Source of the DNA: Azolla caroliniana
Taxonomy: Eukaryota > Plantae > Polypodiophyta
Direction: 5' to 3'
DNA length: 13,249 bases
NCBI GenBank assembly: GCA_043228905.1
Contig: JBHGNT010000977.1
Location: forward strand, 1-13,249
Below are positions 7,893-13,249 of this stretch, piece after piece (position 1 is the stretch's first letter; each line of letters starts with the position of its first letter). The notes beneath the pieces are model-generated. The model worked only from the letters and a program-made list of their open reading frames with translations, was not told where the DNA came from and did no database searches. The translations under genes and the position numbers were made by a program.

Positions 7893-7907
7893 GTGCTTTC
7901 TGAAGGG

Positions 7908-9812
7908 ATGTGCCAAGCCCCCCATATCTCCGTTCCTCGTGACCAATCTGCTCCTCCTTCTGCACCAGAAGAAGCAGCAGCAGCAGCCATCTCCCTTCCT
8001 CCTCCATCTCCATCTCCATCTCCATCTCCATCTCCATCATCAGGGATGATGATGATGATGATTGCCCCCTTGCCAGATGATGACTCCTGTTTCACTCTCC
8101 TGGAGCTCGCAGCCCGCGATGACCTCCTAGGGTTTGTCAAGCATGCCGAGGGCCGCAGCCTGAGCCTCGACATGTGCTGCCCATGGTATTGCCGGCAGCT
8201 TGGCTCCAACAAGATGGGCATGGTGGACAGAACTCCTCTAATGATAGCCGCGCACCATGGGAGCTTGGGCGTGCTGGATTACATGGTGAAGCGAGGAGTA
8301 AGCATCAACAAGGCATGCGGCTCCGATCGAAGCACGGCTCTTCACTTGGCAGCGGCCAGCGGGTCCGAGAATGCGATTGAGATTGTGAATTTGCTTCTAA
8401 AGAATGGTGCCGATCTTAGCCTTACCGATGCACAAGGCTTGACTCCACTCGACGTGTTTTTGAATGCCTCGAAGAAGCATCATTACGGAATGTTGGGGAA
8501 AGATGTTTCCAATGGATTGAATGTGCTTTTGAGATCCTTCTCGAGGGAAATCCGAACACTCCCTGGCGAGAATTCGGTACGCACTACATCTGAAACCTTG
8601 CCCATAGATTCGTGTGATGATGATCCATGGGGAACTAAGACCTCCTCTACTCATGATAACAAGCAAGAAAGCTTAGGATTCGATCCCATGCCTTCGGATA
8701 CCAACAACCATAGTAGTAGTGTATATTATGCGAGCGATGCATTCCGGATGTACTCCTTCAAGATCCTCCCGTGCTCGAGGGCTTATTCACATGATTGGAC
8801 CGACTGCCCATTCGCCCACCCGGGAGAGAACGCGAAGAGACGAGACCCAAAGAAGCATCTCTATAGCTGCGTCCCATGCCCAGATTTCCGGAAGGGTAGT
8901 TGCAAGCATGGAGATTTGTGTGAGTATGCACATGGGGTGTTCGAGACATGGTTGCATCCGGATCAATACCGAACCCGGATGTGTAAGGATATGGAGACCT
9001 GTACTCGTCGGGTTTGCTTTTTCGCCCATTCCGAGGTGGAGCTCCGGGCACCTCCTTTGCCTAAGTTTTCAGATGAGGATTCATCACCGAGACAACCCAT
9101 GTCTCGATTGGCCCCGCCTTATCTTGGATCAGCAGTCGTACCCATGTTTTCGAATCGTAAGGTCATGTTTAATGCGAATCTTGCATTTAATGCGGGCTCG
9201 GAGATCCGTCCCGAGATTCCGAATGTGGCATTTGATGCGGTTCGGGAGATTCTTCGCGAGCATGGTAACCCGGCATTATCCGAGAGTGCTCACATGGGAG
9301 CAAGTAGCCTTTCGGCCTTTAGAGCTCGGAAACTCGAGATCAATCTAGGCGAATCCTTGGGGCCCGACGATTGCTTCTCAAACTCCCTCTCTCCCAGATC
9401 ACCTCTGCCGATGCCCTTTCCGTCATCTATCTTGCGGCAGTGGGAAGTATTAGACCATCACAAATTTGGGCACAATGTAGACCAAAACACTTTGTCCATG
9501 GAAGGTGAAAGTTGTTTTATGTCACAACCACATCATGCCCATATGGCTCTACAATACCAACGCCTACATCCATCTTCGATGAGCCCGGGTTCAAATTGCC
9601 AGATGCCTTCTTCTTACACATGTAATGAAAGGGGCCAATTCCGGCATCCCTACGGGAGTCAAAGTTCGAAGACTTTAGACGGACCTTTGGCTTGGTCAGG
9701 TAATTGGGGGTCCCCCAATGGGAAGCTTGAGTGGGGTGTGAGTGGAGATGATCTTAGCAAGCTTAGGAAGTCTAGCTCTTTTCAAGGAGCAAGGCAACAC
9801 TACTTTCCATAA
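7908..9812 (+). CDS. Ankyrin-repeat, arginine-rich tandem CCCH zinc finger protein (plant RR-TZF family, ANK subgroup, similar to Arabidopsis TZF7-11), 634 aa
   Basis: [10 protein letters not shown]-terminal motif; ANK repeats [12 protein letters not shown] and [12 protein letters not shown]; RR region [36 protein letters not shown]; C-x7-C-x5-C-x3-H (8877-8933), 16-aa spacer, C-x5-C-x4-C-x3-H (8982-9029); C-terminal [11 protein letters not shown]...LRKSSSF. The track's start at 7893 is a GTG at the splice acceptor; the first ATG is 7908 (MC..., as in several homologues). Confidence 0.95.
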   Translation: MCQAPHISVPRDQSAPPSAPEEAAAAAISLPPPSPSPSPSPSPSSGMMMMMIAPLPDDDSCFTLLELAARDDLLGFVKHAEGRSLSLDMCCPWYCRQLGSNKMGMVDRTPLMIAAHHGSLGVLDYMVKRGVSINKACGSDRSTALHLAAASGSENAIEIVNLLLKNGADLSLTDAQGLTPLDVFLNASKKHHYGMLGKDVSNGLNVLLRSFSREIRTLPGENSVRTTSETLPIDSCDDDPWGTKTSSTHDNKQESLGFDPMPSDTNNHSSSVYYASDAFRMYSFKILPCSRAYSHDWTDCPFAHPGENAKRRDPKKHLYSCVPCPDFRKGSCKHGDLCEYAHGVFETWLHPDQYRTRMCKDMETCTRRVCFFAHSEVELRAPPLPKFSDEDSSPRQPMSRLAPPYLGSAVVPMFSNRKVMFNANLAFNAGSEIRPEIPNVAFDAVREILREHGNPALSESAHMGASSLSAFRARKLEINLGESLGPDDCFSNSLSPRSPLPMPFPSSILRQWEVLDHHKFGHNVDQNTLSMEGESCFMSQPHHAHMALQYQRLHPSSMSPGSNCQMPSSYTCNERGQFRHPYGSQSSKTLDGPLAWSGNWGSPNGKLEWGVSGDDLSKLRKSSSFQGARQHYFP

Positions 9813-10748
9813 GTTTTCTTTCAATGGAGGTCTTTTTTAGTGAAGGTAGCGAGCTAGCTAACCTCACTAAATGTAGGTAGCCAAGTTACCCTTCAATAAG
9901 ACCATTCAAATTACACAACTACATTAGTAAAGTAACTAACATAAGTAGCCTATTCGATTTTAGATCTATGATATAATATATTTTTAGCTAATTATATTTT
10001 CAACCTTCAATCTAACTACATTAATAAAGTATTGGATTGCCCTTGTGACACACATATTGGGTCATAAAAACTAATTCACCTAATGACATGATCCTTCCGA
10101 GTCCTTTGGATTAGGTGAAGATGTTGATCATTTTCTTATCACTTACCAAATACCCATCTCATCCAAACCATCGATCTAACCACTTAAATTACCAAAACCC
10201 ACCAATGTAATCAAAGTGTCCATTGTCGTTGTTAGCTTACCTAACATCAAGTGAGTATTTGGATGAGGTCTATCATTCAATTACCAAATATCATGATTCA
10301 AGTACTAAGATGTACTTGCCACCTTTGCAACCATCATTCATGATTGCATTACATTTGATCGTTGGATGAGGAAATCTCAACATTTCTTTCGGGCAGTTGT
10401 GCGCAGCCATATACATTGGGCAACTATGTGACAACAACTATCCTTGTTGTAGAATGCTTGTATCATTATTTTTTATAAGATTATGCTCCTTAGAATTTTG
10501 AAGTATGTCTTGGTGCATCTTCTTCTCTTCTTAAACTAAATATTATGTTGTAAGATTTTCTTCTAAATGTAGGCGTAAAACGTAGTGTCCCTTTTGTATT
10601 TGGTAGATGTTAACGTCCATATGTTAACATTCATATTGATTACAAAACAATCACCACATAATAGTCAAACCAATAAAAAAACACATCATTCTTTTGCATA
10701 CCAAACAAAGTCTATAATGTTATGTGGGCTATTGCCAACATACCGACT

Positions 10749-10816
10749 TCTACATCCAATTTATTTCCACATCAAGTTTGTGTCTACATCCAATTTATTT
10801 CCACATCAAGTTTGTG
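10749..10816 (+). repeat. Perfect 34-bp tandem duplication
   Basis: tctacatccaatttatttccacatcaagtttgtg at 10749-10782 and 10783-10816. Confidence 0.95.
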
Positions 10817-11375
10817 TGAGCATCTTCATGCATATAGCCTAGCTCTAATTAATGGAAACATGTCCCTTAAGAAAATTCATTGGCCTATTCTAAAATATTA
10901 TATGGCTTCCATAATATTCCATCTTTATTATTTAGAGAGAAGAATACAAAGAAATATGTGTTAATGTCCCTTGAAGATCAATGTAGCCTACTAGACCACA
11001 ACGATATATATAATTGCATAAAATCCTTTGCAAATCAATTGAAAGAGAAAAAAATTGAAGACTTTTAAGTGAACTAGAAGATCCTCTCTAACAAAGGGAT
11101 GGGATGCCCACCATGTGGTAGTTGTACACCAAACATACCAAAGTCAAATTCGATCTTTCTTGTCTATAAGGTCGCTCCATGATAATTTTGATCATATATG
11201 AGATTCCTTTCGAATGGACACGAGCTTCTCATTCTACACAATGTGAGCCCATTTGTATGATGACACCATTAGACATTATGAAAGTGTAGGAGGGTCCAAT
11301 AACGTATTGGTGTTCATCTATCTAAACGCATGTGTACAACACACACATATTTATTTTTCCTCTTAAATAATATAT

Positions 11376-13130
11376 TTAGTTTTTGCCATTTGTGGTTGGG
11401 GATGAGAACCTTGCGAAACATATCTTCAATTTCAATGATTCCACGCAATACCCTAGTTCACTATTTAGGCTATAGAATAAGCATTGATTTATCATCCGAG
11501 GATCAAGTGGCACCCGCGTTAATGACACTAAAGAAAAATTTGTTGTTATGGAGTTCAACCAAGCTTTCTTTCACAGGTCAAGTTATAGTTGCAAAATTAG
11601 TATTGTTGGCAACAACATGATATGTGTTGTCTCATTGAATCTTTTCCAAATCATGTATTTTACAAATACGAATGTTGATACGAAACTTCGTGTGGTCTAG
11701 AAAAGTTGAGGGTCATGTTAGGTCCAAAGTAAAATGGGATGTAATAACCTTACCTTAATGCAAAGGAGGAGTATGTATTATTGATCTAGTAGACTAGAAT
11801 TGAGCACTCCTAGTAAAGTTGATTATTAGAGAATTTACTCTTGGTCAAGAGATATAGAGATTATTTTTGACTAACCGTTGTTATGGATGTTCTCCTTAAT
11901 TATGTGCTCCTTGGCCAAGGGATGTAAGACGGAGTTTTGGGGAAAATTTCCATATACCATCATCTCATATGTGGGAGGATGGTTTCATTCAAACTATTGT
12001 TTCTACATGGGAGCAAGTCTTACCTAGATTGAGCTACAATGCACCTACTAGATATGACGAATATTTAAGACAAGGGCTAATCTAGAACCCATATTTTATA
12101 ACGTCATATGGTCTAGTTCTAGGTTTTAACTTAGTCAGGACATGGGGGAAAATGGTAGAAGGTCTCGCAAACTTAGTCTAGACATGGTAGATTTTTCTAT
12201 CTCCATCTTGGTAGGAACAAAAACATGTACTAGCCATACTTCATGGAGGACAAATAATGTATCAACAAATTTAGGAAGTTATGGGTGGAGCCATCATACC
12301 ACCCCACAAAGCTCTCACCTTAGATGGATGAGTGTTTTTCCAAGATTAGAAGTAATTTTGGCTGTAAAGGGTTACTTCCATGATAGGACCTTTCACTCTT
12401 TTGATGTGGATAATGCAAGTCAATTGAATCGACAAGTGATTATCCTTGCGTTGCAGAACACAAAATAAGAGTAATAGGATATGTTGATTGCAAATGGTAT
12501 ATAGATTTGCCGATAGAGGATGTAAAGTCACATTGGTAGTTGTGGGTGTATGGTAAACAACCTTTGTTTAGGTTGCCATGGGACCCAACTATTTATTCAT
12601 GGACAAATCCATTTCCTAGTACCAAATTCAAAAAAAATCAATATTTCATGTAGTTAGGTAGATACATATTGTTCAGTTTAGGGGACGTTTCACCAACAAC
12701 ATTCCAATATTGGAGTCAACATTGTCTTACTTCAAAGTTCCTTTCTAAGTTCTAGGGTAAACTATGGGATAGGAAACAATCATGTCAAAATACTTCATGT
12801 ATACGGTTTTGCTTGTGCATCAAGCCTTGCATGTTGGTACATGGCTACACAAAGTGGGTGTATCCTCTAATTGTGGGCGGTGATATTTGCAAGAAGAATC
12901 GTAGAAACTCTATCTACGGGACTGCCTTGCGTCTTAATAATCGGTATAGATACATACTACTTCTAGGAATTGTTGCCAACTACTTTCAACCATCGATATT
13001 CATATAGGGAAATGTTGGTTTGGACATCACTTTCCTCTTTGCGTTCCATTATGATGTTGAATCCATGGAGCATGCTTTTAGTAGATGGTTTAGAAATAGG
13101 TGGGGTAGTTCCTTTAGTGACTCTCTAGTG
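11376..13130 (+). mobile_element. Degenerate 5'-truncated L1-type LINE, ORF2 C-terminal part (post-RT region to zf-RVT); boundaries approximate
   Basis: One frame read through stops: VHYLG...LLLWSSTKLSFTGQVIVAKLVLLATT*YVLSH*IF...IRNFVWS...KVKWDVITLP*CKGGVCIIDLVD*N*ALLVKLI, matching the plant L1 ORF2 pattern (YLG, LSxxGR, RxFxW, VxW..P..GGLG..D...NxALLxK); zf-RVT-like LVHQALHVG...CGR*YLQEES...LRDC near 12810-12930. Confidence 0.85.
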
Positions 13131-13249
13131 TTTAGGAAGAAGGAAGGAGATGCAACCATTTTGGGATTGATTGAGTACCACCACCATATGCAGCATTTGG
13201 AAGGCTCGATGCTCCTTCGAGTTAGGGTATCACCAGTTGAAGAAAAGGT

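Noticed and set aside
7893-7907. Track start MLSEG for the TZF protein
   Set aside because: GTG codon coinciding with the splice acceptor; eukaryotic start is more plausibly ATG 7908.
7592-8221. Overlapping low-complexity ORFs on both strands
   Set aside because: Translations of (CTT)n, (TATG)n, (TTCC)n and (CCATCT)n microsatellites.
8174-9348. Nested ORFs within the TZF CDS
   Set aside because: Off-frame shadows with no recognisable motifs.
10146-10267. Possible MITE from CTCATCCAAA / TTTGGATGAG inverted pair
   Set aside because: Only 10-bp arms, no TSD or clear termini.
11330-11620. 96-aa ORF as a standalone gene
   Set aside because: Stop-to-stop fragment of the decayed LINE ORF2.

Overview
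Eukaryotic, land-plant-type genomic DNA (a fern or other seed-free plant is plausible but cannot be established from sequence alone). Left end: the 5' part of a young-looking Ty1/copia (Tnt1/Tork-like) LTR retrotransposon on the minus strand, with a 685-bp LTR (1418-2102), a tRNA-iMet PBS and an uninterrupted gag-protease-pre-integrase ORF (1386 to beyond base 1) that the ORF track misses. Middle: AT-rich repeat debris, including a recent ~130-bp tandem duplication carrying a tRNA-like (A/B-box) head, a third convergent tRNA-like head, and a possible solo LTR. Then a degenerate ~50-bp repeat array abutting an interstitial vertebrate-type (TTAGGG)n tract, directly upstream of the one host gene: an ankyrin-repeat RR-tandem CCCH zinc-finger (TZF) protein (CDS 7908-9812, intronless CDS, predicted 5'UTR intron 7740-7892). 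Right end: an old, stop-riddled L1-type LINE ORF2 remnant. No prokaryotic-type system or CRISPR is present. The most unusual signals are the promoter-proximal TTAGGG tract with its flanking repeats, the cluster of Pol III-like heads and a signal-peptide-like uORF; none is proven to be a new system.
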